Part shown: piece by piece, positions 38,353 to 47,977 of the stretch
Layout: the number at the start of each line of letters is the position of its first letter
Numbering within the stretch: position 1 is the first letter of the stretch
Assembly (NCBI GenBank): GCA_946546815.1
Contig: CAMNOL010000001.1
Location: 4,998 to 68,997, forward strand
Direction of reading: 5' to 3'
Source of the DNA: an uncultured Oscillospiraceae bacterium
Lineage (GTDB): Bacteria; Bacillota; Clostridia; Oscillospirales; Oscillospiraceae
Length of the DNA stretch: 64,000 bases
Notes under the pieces: generated by a model
What the model saw: the letters and a program-made list of their open reading frames with translations, nothing else
Told to the model about the DNA's origin: nothing
Databases searched by the model: none
Program-made: the position numbers and the translations under genes

Positions 38353-39675
38353 TTACTTGACCTTGCTGACGATCATACGGAGCTTGCCGTTGGGGTCAGA
38401 GGGGATCTCATCCATCCATTCGAACTCAAAGCGGAACTCATTGTTCAGCACCGGGGAGAAGGCCTCGGTGTAGCGCTGCTCGATCTCTTCGTTGGTCAGC
38501 TTGGAGTCGGAGCTCTTCACCAGCTGAATGCGGATCAGGTCATAGCTCTCCTGAATGAAGCGGCTCTGGACAATGTCCAGGTCAGAGGAGTAGTTGACCA
38601 CGACTTCGATGTTGCCCCACTCCGTGACAGAGCCGTCCTTGTGGCGGATGACGTCGTTCATACGGCCCAGAATCTTCTTCACGAAACGGATGCCGTGGCG
38701 CTGATAGGTCTCCATCCGGTCATAGGTGGTGTAGTTGATGATGGGCAGGTCGGTCTTGAACAGCGGAGTGACCACAGCCATGCCGTTGTCGGAGGGATTG
38801 CCCTCGTCGTCATAGATGTTTGCCACATGGGTGTCGCTGTTGATATAGAATTCATCGCTGCCGGGCAGGCACACGGCGACGCTGCCCACCTCGGACATAC
38901 CGTAGGCGTTGAGCAGGCCGGGGCCGAACATCTCCTTCAGCAGCAGCTCGGACCGGTGGTCCAGCATCTCGCTGATGGGGCAGTACAGCTTGGGCTTCCA
39001 CAGAGGTACGTTGTTGGTCTTGGCATAGTTGGCGATGCGCACCAGAATGTTCTTGTGGGTGTACAGGAAATCGGGCTTGTACTCGTTGATGTCCTTTACC
39101 AGCTGCTCGCTGGACACACGGTCCTTGATGGCGTCGGACATCTCGTGCCAGCGGGTGTCAATGATCTTGGCCATCAGGGATTTCTTGCCGCCGGTGGTGG
39201 TGTGCAGGCTGTTGGGTCGGTGCATATTCTTATGAACGCCGGGGATAAAGCCTGCGGTGACCAGCACCCGCAGCCAGTTGGCGTGGACAGCGGCATTCTC
39301 ACGGGGGGAGAACAGGGTTTTCAGCGGAATTCCGGTGGAGCCGCTGGTGGGGTTTACATGCCAGTCCTTATACTTGTCGGGGTTGCCGGCCAGCTCCTCG
39401 TCCATCCAGTCCCGCAGCTCTTCCTTGGTCAGCACCGGGAACTTGTACAGATCCGCGGCGGTGTGGTAGTCGGCGGGAGTGGTGCCGCTGAGCTCAAAAC
39501 GGCGGCGGTAGAAGGGAATGTCATAGGCCTTAGCCATCAGCTCCTGAACCGCCTTGTCCTGCTTTTTCTTCAGACGCTGGAGGTCCTTGATGCGCTTGGG
39601 GGGCTTCTTCTCCAGTTTGGAGAACATCTGCATCATCAGCAGTTTTTCGATTTTTTTGTCAGTTGCGTAAGACAT
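38353..39675 (-). CDS. Phenylacetate-CoA ligase/CapK-like adenylate-forming enzyme
   Basis: PFYRRRF, FPVLTKEEL, P-loop TSGSTG, YGMSEVG, DLPIINY, LGRMND, NGKLR. Confidence 0.85.
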   Translation of the reverse strand: MSYATDKKIEKLLMMQMFSKLEKKPPKRIKDLQRLKKKQDKAVQELMAKAYDIPFYRRRFELSGTTPADYHTAADLYKFPVLTKEELRDWMDEELAGNPDKYKDWHVNPTSGSTGIPLKTLFSPRENAAVHANWLRVLVTAGFIPGVHKNMHRPNSLHTTTGGKKSLMAKIIDTRWHEMSDAIKDRVSSEQLVKDINEYKPDFLYTHKNILVRIANYAKTNNVPLWKPKLYCPISEMLDHRSELLLKEMFGPGLLNAYGMSEVGSVAVCLPGSDEFYINSDTHVANIYDDEGNPSDNGMAVVTPLFKTDLPIINYTTYDRMETYQRHGIRFVKKILGRMNDVIRHKDGSVTEWGNIEVVVNYSSDLDIVQSRFIQESYDLIRIQLVKSSDSKLTNEEIEQRYTEAFSPVLNNEFRFEFEWMDEIPSDPNGKLRMIVSKVK

Positions 39676-39705
39676 AATGCACCTCGCTTGCTTGTTATCC
39701 GTAGT

Positions 39706-40674
39706 TTACCGCTGGGATCCCGTTTCAAAAACTGCGGTTTCCCGCTGGACATTCAACGTTTCCCGCACCACATACTGGGGGGAATTGTTCAGAGAAATGT
39801 AGATTCTCCCGATATATTCGCCGATCAGCCCCAGTACAAACAGAATCATGCCGCCCAAAAACAGCATGACCGCCATCATGGAGCTGTAGCCGGTGGCTAC
39901 GGTGGGCACCAGCAGCTTATGAATAATGGTGTACAGCGCCAGCAGCACGCCCAGCGCCGCGCAGACAAAGCCGCAGCCGGAGGACAGCCGCAGGGGCTTG
40001 ATGGAAAAAGCGGTAAAGCTGTTCATCCACAGGGCAAAGGACTTTTTGAAGTTGTAATGTCCCACGCCGATGGTGCGCTCCCGCTCCTCCATGACCACAT
40101 TGGTGACCCGGCTGGTGGCCCGCAGCATCAGACCGGACAGGTAGGGATAGGGGTTGGTGTACCGGATGACCTCATCCTTGACAAACCGCTTCATCACGGA
40201 GAAATTGGAAAATTTCAGATCCTTATCCTTGCCCAGCAGCCAGTTGGCCACAGCATCATTGAGCTTGGAACCAAAGTTTTTGAAGCCAGACTGCTTCTTT
40301 TTGGGATACTTTGCGATGGAAACGTCGTAATTGCCGCTCTCCAGCGGGGCCAGAAGGTTCCAGAGCTGGTCTGTGGGGCACTGCAGATCGTCGTCAATGA
40401 ACACGATATAATCCCCTGTGGCGTAGTGACAGCCGCAGATCAGCGCATTGTGGCGTCCGCCGTTTTTGGCCAGATCAATGACCTTTACCTGGGGATCAAA
40501 CGCCGCCTGCTGACGCAGCACGGAGAGCACATTGTCCGGGGAGAAGTCGTTGACGGCTACAATCTCGTACTCATACTCCGGCCGCTGCGCCACCACGGAC
40601 CGAATCTCGTCCATGACCAGCGCCACAGAGCCTTCGCTGGCGTAGCAGGGGATGATAAAACTGATTACTTGCAT
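39706..40674 (-). CDS. GT2 undecaprenyl-phosphate glycosyltransferase (ArnC/DPM synthase-like)
   Basis: IIPCY, VNDFSPD, NGGRHNA...G, IDDDLQ, two C-terminal TMs, GLIGEYIGRIY...PQY. Confidence 0.9.
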   Translation of the reverse strand: MQVISFIIPCYASEGSVALVMDEIRSVVAQRPEYEYEIVAVNDFSPDNVLSVLRQQAAFDPQVKVIDLAKNGGRHNALICGCHYATGDYIVFIDDDLQCPTDQLWNLLAPLESGNYDVSIAKYPKKKQSGFKNFGSKLNDAVANWLLGKDKDLKFSNFSVMKRFVKDEVIRYTNPYPYLSGLMLRATSRVTNVVMEERERTIGVGHYNFKKSFALWMNSFTAFSIKPLRLSSGCGFVCAALGVLLALYTIIHKLLVPTVATGYSSMMAVMLFLGGMILFVLGLIGEYIGRIYISLNNSPQYVVRETLNVQRETAVFETGSQR

Positions 40675-40718
40675 ACATAACCTCTTTTCTGCGAGGAATC
40701 CTGACAGAGAAAGGATTT

Positions 40719-41852
40719 TTACTGTCCGTAGAACTCCATGACGGCGGATACGACAGTGTGGATCTCCTCTTCCGTCAGCCCGTAATACATGGGCAGACGG
40801 GTCAGGCGCTCGGACTCCCTGGTGGTGTACACATCCTCACCAGCAAAGCGGCCGAAACGCTGTCCGGCGGGAGCAGTGTGCAGCGGAATATAGTGGAATG
40901 CGGAATAAATGTTCCGTTCCTTCAGAAAGGCGATCAGCGCGGTACGCTCTTCCAGGTCTTTGCACTTGATATAGAACATATGGGCGTTCTGGGTGCATTC
41001 CTCGGGGATAAAGGGGAGCTCAATGGTTCCGTTCTCTGCCAGAGGCTTCAGCAGCTCATAATAGCGGTTCCAGCTGTTCATGCGGTCGTTATAAATTTTG
41101 TCCGCATCCTCCAGCTGAGGCCACAGGTAGGCGGCGTTCAGGTCGCTGGGCAGGTAGCTGGAGCCGTAGTCCACCCAGGTGTACTTGTCGATCTGACCCC
41201 GGATGAACTTGCTGCGGTTGGTGCCCTTTTCCCGGTAAATTTCCGCCTGCTCCACCTGCTCCGGGTGATTGACCAGCACAGCGCCGCCCTCACCCATGGT
41301 GTAGTTCTTGGTCTCATGGAAGCTGTAGCAGCCCACGTCACCGATGGTGCCCAGAGCCCGGCCCTTATACCAGCTCATCACGCCCTGCGCGGCATCCTCC
41401 ACCACTTTCAGGTTGTGGCGCCGGGCGATCTCCATGATGGTATCCATCTCGCAGGCTACGCCTGCATAGTGAACCACGCAGATGACGGTGGTCTTGTCGG
41501 TAATGGCGGCCTCGATTTTGGTCTCGTCGATGTTCATGGTGTCCGGGCGGATGTCCACATAGACGATCTTTGCGCCCCGCTGGACAAAGGCGTCCGCAGT
41601 GGAGACAAAGGTGTAGGAGGGCAGAATCACTTCATCGCCCGGCTGTACATTGCACAGCAGAGCAGCCATTTCCAGCGCACTGGTGCCGGAGGTGGTCAGC
41701 AGAACCTTGGGTGCGCCGGTCTTTTTCTCAAACCATTCGTGGCACTTTTTGGTGAAGGGGCCGTCGCCGCAAATCTTTTTGTTGGCAATGGCCTGGGCCA
41801 GACACTCCGCCTCACGGCCCGTGGCCGGCGGCACATTAAAGGGAATATTCAT
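40719..41852 (-). CDS. wecE: dTDP-4-amino-4,6-dideoxygalactose transaminase (DegT family)
   Basis: IPFNVPP, GDGPFTKKC, TTSGTSALEMAA, EDAAQG, SFHETKN, GEGGA, REKGTNRS, KYTWVDYGSS. Confidence 0.9.
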   Translation of the reverse strand: MNIPFNVPPATGREAECLAQAIANKKICGDGPFTKKCHEWFEKKTGAPKVLLTTSGTSALEMAALLCNVQPGDEVILPSYTFVSTADAFVQRGAKIVYVDIRPDTMNIDETKIEAAITDKTTVICVVHYAGVACEMDTIMEIARRHNLKVVEDAAQGVMSWYKGRALGTIGDVGCYSFHETKNYTMGEGGAVLVNHPEQVEQAEIYREKGTNRSKFIRGQIDKYTWVDYGSSYLPSDLNAAYLWPQLEDADKIYNDRMNSWNRYYELLKPLAENGTIELPFIPEECTQNAHMFYIKCKDLEERTALIAFLKERNIYSAFHYIPLHTAPAGQRFGRFAGEDVYTTRESERLTRLPMYYGLTEEEIHTVVSAVMEFYGQ

Positions 41853-41899
41853 GGAAAGTTCCTCCTGAATCAATATGTACTATGAGTAAAATCTGAAAA

Positions 41900-44800
41900 T
41901 CACTGTTTTTTGCGGCGGATCAACCAGAACACTCCGTATCCGGCCAGCACCGCCATGGCTGCGCCGGATACCGCCGCGCCCAGCCGCAGACCCGGTGCGG
42001 TGTAGTAAAGCTCCACCTCAGAGCGGCCCGGCGGAAGCAGCGTGCCCAGGTACATACCGTTGACCTGCATCAGCTCCGCCGGCGCATTGTTGACGGTCAG
42101 GGACCATCCGGAGGAGTAGGGCACCGCAAAGGCCAGCAGCCGGGTGTCGTCCAGGGTGATGGTGCCGGTCAGGCCGCCGTTTGAGGTCTCCTGCACATGT
42201 TCAAGCACGTTTGTCCGCAGCCGGTTCACATCCCTGCTGTAGTCGGACATGGGCAGACAGACGATGTGAATCCCCTGTGCAGAATAGGTACCCTTCTGCT
42301 GGAAGGTGATGGTACAGGCTGTCATGGGAGATTCACTGTAGCCCAGATTGTAAGTATAACCGCTTCGGTCAAAATAATAAAGAGAATTCTCCTGATAAAA
42401 AACGGATTTCTTTTCTCCGCCGCCGCCCTGCACCAAAACCTGGGATTCCGGGTCCGAGCCGGAGTAATGGGTGTGATCCAGATACAGATAGGTTTCACAG
42501 TTTTCCAGCCCCTCAAAGGACAGGGTGATGGAGCCGTTTTTCTTTGTCACTTCAAATGTGCCGTCCTCCAGGGTGACGCCGTCGGAATCGGATACGGTCC
42601 AGGGAAGCTCCGAATCGGTGAGCTCCGGCGTCTTTTTGGGCAGCGCAACGGAAACGGTTTGCTCCGCGTCCGTGCCGATGACGGCGCCCTGCAGGATCGC
42701 CTGCTGCTTTTCCAGCGGCGGAAGGGCGTCATACTCAGCCTCAGGAAGATAGGAGTCGTAAGTGTACCCAAAGGGAAGCGCATACTGATTTTCGTAAACC
42801 GTCAGCTGGGATTTTTTGTCTTTTTTCAGCTCTGTAAACCCATAAGGAACCCGATCCGGGGACTTTTCCACGTAGTATTTAACGCCGCCCACAGCGCAGA
42901 GGCTGGAGCGCTGGTCCAGGCTCCAGAGGGCGTACAGCTGACGGACGGAGTCCAGATCGAAGTCCAGATAATAATCCACCATGGTGCCGTCCAGCACGCT
43001 CCAGTAGGTGCTGGTTCCGTTGCCCCCGGTGAGACAGAAGGTGTTGTGCCGGTTTCCGGGGATTTCTGCACGGTACAGGTCCGATTGCAGCCCTGTGACC
43101 ACGGCTTCTTCGCTGGTGGTGAATTTTTTTGCAGCGCTGCCCCGCTTGAGGTAGCTGTCCACCGCATTCAGGCCGTTGGGACTGTAGTAGTAGTCCACAT
43201 GCACCATCAGAGCCAGGACTGTGGCAGTGGCAAGGAGCTGCTGGGCCAGCTGCTTGTTGGGCAGGCGGTTCACCAGCAGCAGAATCCCGGTCAGTGCCGC
43301 CAGCAGCAGCATACTGTACACGATCATCCGGTTCAGGTGAAGATACAGCACTGCGGCGATATACGCCAGGGTGATGCCGGTCAGAATCCCCTGCTGAGGT
43401 TTGGAGAGGCGCACCAGATCCGGGAACAGACAGACAACGATCCCCGCCGCCAGCATGGCAAAGCCATAGCTCCAGCGGTTGGTGGCATAGCCCATGCCGT
43501 TGAATACGCTGCCCGCAATGGGCAGGCACAGAAATACAGCAGACAGGAGGGTCAGAAGCTTGAGCGGGCGCAGTTCAGAACGCCGCCGGGTGAGAAACAG
43601 CACCACAAGGGCCAGAAACACCGTGCCGACGAATCCCGTTCGGGTCCAGTTGGGCGCGCCGGGATCAAAGGAGACAAAGGTGGTCAGCAGACGGATGTAA
43701 TGGCGGGCGCTGTACAGAAGCCGGGTGCCCGCCGCCAGCGTGCTGCTGCGGCTGCTTTCGAACAGTCCGGCAATGGAGGGCAGGAAGGACACCATGGACA
43801 GCGCCATGCCCCACAGGTACAGCCCCACCAGCTGCAGCAAATCCTTTATGATCTGACCGATTTTTCCCTTGTACAGGTAAATTTCCCGGGTCAGCAGATA
43901 AATGGCCATCAGCAGGCTGTCCATCCAGGCGTAGTAATAGCCCCCCAGGAACAGAAATACCACGACAGCCACGAACATGCCCCATTTGCGCTTTTGCAGC
44001 CAGCGCTCACAGCCGGTCAGCAAAAGAGGCAGTCCCAGCATCAGGTAAGTGATGAAGTAGATGTGCTTGGTGGCGGTGAAAATGCCGAAGCCGCTGAAGG
44101 CGTAGACCAGAGAGCCCACCATCACCGGCAGCTCGTCCTTCTTTCCAACGGAACGGCAGAAGTACAAAAAGGCCAGACCACACAGGAAAACCTGCCCCAG
44201 CGTGTACAGGGCATAGACATACTCCATCCATCTGCGGGGAAACAGCAGCGCCAGCAGGTAGAAGGGGTTGATGCGGAACACCGAAAAGGCGCTGGCCCCC
44301 TGACCAATGGAAAAGTCCCACTGAGGAAGGACCAAATGCCCGGTTTGGAACAGGGTACGCAGGACCTTCCATACGTACTCCCGGGAGTAGTACATCATCA
44401 CCAGATAGAGATTTTCTCCATCGGGCACCCAGATCAGGCTGTGACCGGTCTGGGCAAAGGCGCTCATCATCTGGCTCAGCAGCAGAGCGAATACCAGGCA
44501 GTACAGAGGGAAATACAGGCTGTTTTGCCGGCGGCGTTTGATCTTCAGAATGGAGCTTTGGTCCGTCATGTGCTGGGGCAGGTCCAGGAACCAGTTGGGA
44601 ACCTTGGCCGCCAAGGGCAGACAGGCCGCCAGGGGCAGCACTGCGGTCAGTCCGGTTCTCAGCAGCGCCGCCATGGTTCCGCCCCGCAGGAAGGGCAGCG
44701 CAGCCACCAGGAAGGAAAGTCCACGATGCCAGAAAATACCGGAATACCAGTACTGACTCAGGTTTGTGACCACAGGCAGCGGACGGTTGGGGCAGAGACT

Positions 44801-45580
44801 CAGCAGAGCCACCACCGCCGCCAGCACCGCCAGATACTGTCCGGCCCGCAGTCCCCCGCCGGCCATACTCAGCAGGGCAGAGCCGGTGCCGGAATAGGAC
44901 GCACTGCCCAGGAAAACGGGGGTCCAGGCCAGCAGTCGGCTGTATTTGAGGAAACAGGCTGCCAGCGCCGCCAGCAGGAGTAGCACGCCAAGGACTTTGA
45001 CCCAAAGCCGGGTACAGATGCGTTCCAGCCGGTTGGAATCCACCCAGCGCCCCATTAAAAACAGGGGAAGAAAGGTGAGAAACTGACGCAGGCCCAGCGG
45101 ATTGGGTACAACCGGAAGATAACCGGTGACCACACCCAGCAGGACGGTCAGGGTCAGAACGAAGGGTTTGTCTGCCTTTCGCTGTTCCAGCCACCCGGCG
45201 GCCAGCAGGCACTCTCCTCCCACGAGGAACAGACTGGTGACATTGGAAGGCGAGAGCAGGTCAAAGGAACCTGTCTGTCTGGCGGCGATCATCATCCAGA
45301 AGCCCGGCAGCGTACTGCCTGCAAACAGCACGGTGAGACCCACGGCAAATGTCTTCAATTCCTGCCATCTGGTGTCGATTCCCCGGCTCAGACGGCCACA
45401 GAGAAAGAGGAGCACAGGCAGGCTCAGCACAGCGGAAAACGCCTGCAGGGCGCCAAGGGAGCGATGAGAGGAGCTGATGACGCTGATGCCCAGCAAAAGG
45501 AGCAGTCCCAGCGTCAGATGATGTTCCCGAAACATGGGCTCCGCCCGCTCAGTCAGGGGAATTTCTTTGGTGTGTTGCAT
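41900..45580 (-). CDS. YfhO-family GT-C membrane glycosyltransferase with an N-terminal acyltransferase-3-like membrane domain
   Basis: YfhO pattern (DG...Y, WDFSIGQG, VYAFSG, NRWSY, LDQRS, LPFGYTY, VPYSSGW...VN, NGMYLG). The first ~370 aa are multi-TM with LPVLLFLCG and FLPLFLMG segments resembling OafA/NolL. Confidence 0.8.
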   Translation of the reverse strand: MQHTKEIPLTERAEPMFREHHLTLGLLLLLGISVISSSHRSLGALQAFSAVLSLPVLLFLCGRLSRGIDTRWQELKTFAVGLTVLFAGSTLPGFWMMIAARQTGSFDLLSPSNVTSLFLVGGECLLAAGWLEQRKADKPFVLTLTVLLGVVTGYLPVVPNPLGLRQFLTFLPLFLMGRWVDSNRLERICTRLWVKVLGVLLLLAALAACFLKYSRLLAWTPVFLGSASYSGTGSALLSMAGGGLRAGQYLAVLAAVVALLSLCPNRPLPVVTNLSQYWYSGIFWHRGLSFLVAALPFLRGGTMAALLRTGLTAVLPLAACLPLAAKVPNWFLDLPQHMTDQSSILKIKRRRQNSLYFPLYCLVFALLLSQMMSAFAQTGHSLIWVPDGENLYLVMMYYSREYVWKVLRTLFQTGHLVLPQWDFSIGQGASAFSVFRINPFYLLALLFPRRWMEYVYALYTLGQVFLCGLAFLYFCRSVGKKDELPVMVGSLVYAFSGFGIFTATKHIYFITYLMLGLPLLLTGCERWLQKRKWGMFVAVVVFLFLGGYYYAWMDSLLMAIYLLTREIYLYKGKIGQIIKDLLQLVGLYLWGMALSMVSFLPSIAGLFESSRSSTLAAGTRLLYSARHYIRLLTTFVSFDPGAPNWTRTGFVGTVFLALVVLFLTRRRSELRPLKLLTLLSAVFLCLPIAGSVFNGMGYATNRWSYGFAMLAAGIVVCLFPDLVRLSKPQQGILTGITLAYIAAVLYLHLNRMIVYSMLLLAALTGILLLVNRLPNKQLAQQLLATATVLALMVHVDYYYSPNGLNAVDSYLKRGSAAKKFTTSEEAVVTGLQSDLYRAEIPGNRHNTFCLTGGNGTSTYWSVLDGTMVDYYLDFDLDSVRQLYALWSLDQRSSLCAVGGVKYYVEKSPDRVPYGFTELKKDKKSQLTVYENQYALPFGYTYDSYLPEAEYDALPPLEKQQAILQGAVIGTDAEQTVSVALPKKTPELTDSELPWTVSDSDGVTLEDGTFEVTKKNGSITLSFEGLENCETYLYLDHTHYSGSDPESQVLVQGGGGEKKSVFYQENSLYYFDRSGYTYNLGYSESPMTACTITFQQKGTYSAQGIHIVCLPMSDYSRDVNRLRTNVLEHVQETSNGGLTGTITLDDTRLLAFAVPYSSGWSLTVNNAPAELMQVNGMYLGTLLPPGRSEVELYYTAPGLRLGAAVSGAAMAVLAGYGVFWLIRRKKQ

Positions 45581-45665
45581 GGTTTTTATCACTTTCGGCA
45601 CAAAGCTGCAGAGCGGAACGTCCGATTTTGACCGGCCCTGCAGGGAAAAGGCTACAGATAGATCA

Positions 45666-45694
45666 ATTATATCACACTTATTGGTCAGATGCAA
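45666..45694 (-). promoter_or_regulatory. SigA-type promoter of the surface-modification operon
   Basis: Minus-strand TTGCAT-17 bp-TATAAT. Confidence 0.8.
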
Positions 45695-45757
45695 TCATTG
45701 TCCTGTCCCCGGGCAAAGCGGAAAAATCCGGAGACAGAGAACTGCCTCCGGAAATCA

Positions 45758-47749
45758 TCAGGAAATATCCGCCAGATCCAGGTATTTGTGACCGTTTTCG
45801 TAAATATGGTTTTTTCGCCCCTGGAGATTGTCGCCCAGCAGCAGGTCAAATACCTGCTGGGTGCGCTCCACGTCCTGGGGCATGACCTTGATGAGACGGC
45901 GGGTCTCCGGATTCATGGTGGTCAGCCACATCATGTCCGGTTCGTTCTCACCCAGACCTTTCGAGCGCTGAATGGAGCACTTTTTGCCCTTCAGCTCTTG
46001 CTCCACAATGTCGTTTTTCTCCTTGTCGGAGTAGGCAAACCAGGTCTGATCCTTCCAGGTGATCTCGTACAGCGGAGACTCCGCAATGAACACATAACCG
46101 TCCTCAATCAGCCTGGGAGTCAGGCGGTACAGCATGGTCAGCAGCAGGGTGCGGATCTGATAGCCGTCCACATCCGCATCGGTGCACAGAATGATCTTGT
46201 TCCACCGCAGGTTGGCCAGGTCAAAATCCGCGATGTCCTTGGCCTTTTTTACGCCGGTCAGGTCCACGCCGCAGCCCAGCACCCGGATCAGATCCGTGAT
46301 GATGTCGCTCTTGAAAATGCGGTTGTAATCCGCCTTCAGGCAGTTCAGAATCTTGCCGCGGATGGGCATGATGCCCTGAAATTCCGCATCCCGGCTCAGC
46401 TTGCAGGCGCCCAAAGCGGAGTCGCCCTCCACAATATACAGCTCCCGACGGCTCAGGTCCTTGGTGCGGCAGTCCACGAACTTCTGTACCCGGTTGGAAA
46501 TGTCCATGGTGCCGGACAGTTTCTTCTTGATGTTCAGACGGGTCTTTTCCGCCGTCTCCCGGCTGCGCTTGTTTACCATCACCTGACCGGCAATCTTCTC
46601 TGCATCCATGGGGTTTTCGATGAAATAAACCTCCAGCTGGGAGCGGAGAAAGTCCTGCATGGCCTCCTGCACGAAGCGGTTGTTGATGGCCTTTTTGGTC
46701 TGGTTCTCATAGCTGGTCTGAGAAGCGGTGGAGAAGTTGTTGGACACCAGCACCAGACAGTCCTGGATGTCGTTCCAGGTGATTTTAGACTCGTTTTTGT
46801 TGTATTTTCCGTTCTTTTTCAGGTAGGAATCGATGGCGGAGACAAACGCCAGCCGCATGGCCTTTTCCGGGGAACCGCCGTGCTCCAGCCAGCTGGAGTT
46901 GTGGTAGTGCTCAATGATGTTGACGGTGTTGGAAAAGCAGAAGGACACGGAAAGCTTCACCTTGTACTCCGGACGGTTGGCCCGGTCCCGGCCCACGCGC
47001 TCGGTCTGGTAAAACACCGGAGCGGTCAGAGGGGTTTCCCCGGCAAGCTCCGTGACGTAGTCCACAATGCCGTTTTTGTAATTGAACTCGGTGACCTCGA
47101 ATTTGCAGCCCACCTGATTGCGGAAACGGAAGGTGACGCCGGAGGTGACCACGGCCTGACGCTTGAGCACGTCCAGATAGTACTCCACCGGAATGTCGAT
47201 GTCGGTGAACACCTCCAGGTCCGGCTTCCACCGGAATTTGGAACCGGTTTTGTGCTTCATGGGCTCCTTCTGCAGTCCGCCGATGTTCTCACCCTTTTCA
47301 AAGTGCAGGGTATATTTGAAGCCGTCCCGGTAGATGGTTGCGTCGAAGTACTCGGAGGCGTACTGGGTGGCGCAGCTGCCCAGGCCATTCAGACCCAGAG
47401 AAAAGGCGTAGTTGTCCTCACTGGCGTCGTATTTGCCGCCGGCGTACAGCTCACAGAAAACCAGCTCCCAGTTGTAGCGGCCTTCAGCGTTGTTCCAGTC
47501 CACCGGACAGCCCCGGCCGAAGTCCTCCACTTCGATGGAGTGGTCCGCGTAACGGGTGACAATAATCAGGTCTCCATGCCCTTCCTTCGCTTCGTCGATG
47601 GCGTTGGACAGGATTTCAAACACCGCGTGTTCGCAGCCTTCCAGAGAATCCGAGCCGAAAATGACACCCGGACGCTTCCGGACCCGGTCTGCGCCCTTCA
47701 GCGCCGCGATGGAGTCGTTGTCATAGGTTTTGGCTTTTCTTCTTGCCAT
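45758..47749 (-). CDS. Second type IIA topoisomerase B subunit (ParE/GyrB-like), no adjacent A subunit
   Basis: VRKRPGVIFG, EILSNAIDE, DFGRG, YAGGKY, GLNGLG, VEGDSA, RGKILN, DADVDG, RSKGLGE. Confidence 0.9.
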   Translation of the reverse strand: MARRKAKTYDNDSIAALKGADRVRKRPGVIFGSDSLEGCEHAVFEILSNAIDEAKEGHGDLIIVTRYADHSIEVEDFGRGCPVDWNNAEGRYNWELVFCELYAGGKYDASEDNYAFSLGLNGLGSCATQYASEYFDATIYRDGFKYTLHFEKGENIGGLQKEPMKHKTGSKFRWKPDLEVFTDIDIPVEYYLDVLKRQAVVTSGVTFRFRNQVGCKFEVTEFNYKNGIVDYVTELAGETPLTAPVFYQTERVGRDRANRPEYKVKLSVSFCFSNTVNIIEHYHNSSWLEHGGSPEKAMRLAFVSAIDSYLKKNGKYNKNESKITWNDIQDCLVLVSNNFSTASQTSYENQTKKAINNRFVQEAMQDFLRSQLEVYFIENPMDAEKIAGQVMVNKRSRETAEKTRLNIKKKLSGTMDISNRVQKFVDCRTKDLSRRELYIVEGDSALGACKLSRDAEFQGIMPIRGKILNCLKADYNRIFKSDIITDLIRVLGCGVDLTGVKKAKDIADFDLANLRWNKIILCTDADVDGYQIRTLLLTMLYRLTPRLIEDGYVFIAESPLYEITWKDQTWFAYSDKEKNDIVEQELKGKKCSIQRSKGLGENEPDMMWLTTMNPETRRLIKVMPQDVERTQQVFDLLLGDNLQGRKNHIYENGHKYLDLADIS

Positions 47750-47798
47750 AGGTCCTTTCAAGTTCCTTTCCAGTCTTGATGATTTGCAAAGTGACTCC

Positions 47799-47827
47799 AT
47801 TGTAACGGCTTTGAGCGGCGATGTCAA
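47799..47827 (-). promoter_or_regulatory. SigA-type promoter of the parE-like gene
   Basis: Minus-strand TTGACA-17 bp-TACAAT. Confidence 0.8.
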
Positions 47828-47977
47828 ACAAAAATCCTGTCAGACTGTCCGGAAAAACGGATATTCTGGAAAAGATTCACGGCAATTTCACAATTTCAGA
47901 CCTTTTCAATCCGGGGGCTTTGTGTTATACTGCTTCGGTGAATACCTGATGCAAGCAGAACAAAAGGATGGATTTTT

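Noticed and set aside
45758-47749. Second topoisomerase B gene as a pseudogene or a plasmid/phage-derived gene
   Set aside because: The ORF is intact with all catalytic motifs, host-like codon usage and a consensus promoter, and no mobile genes are nearby.
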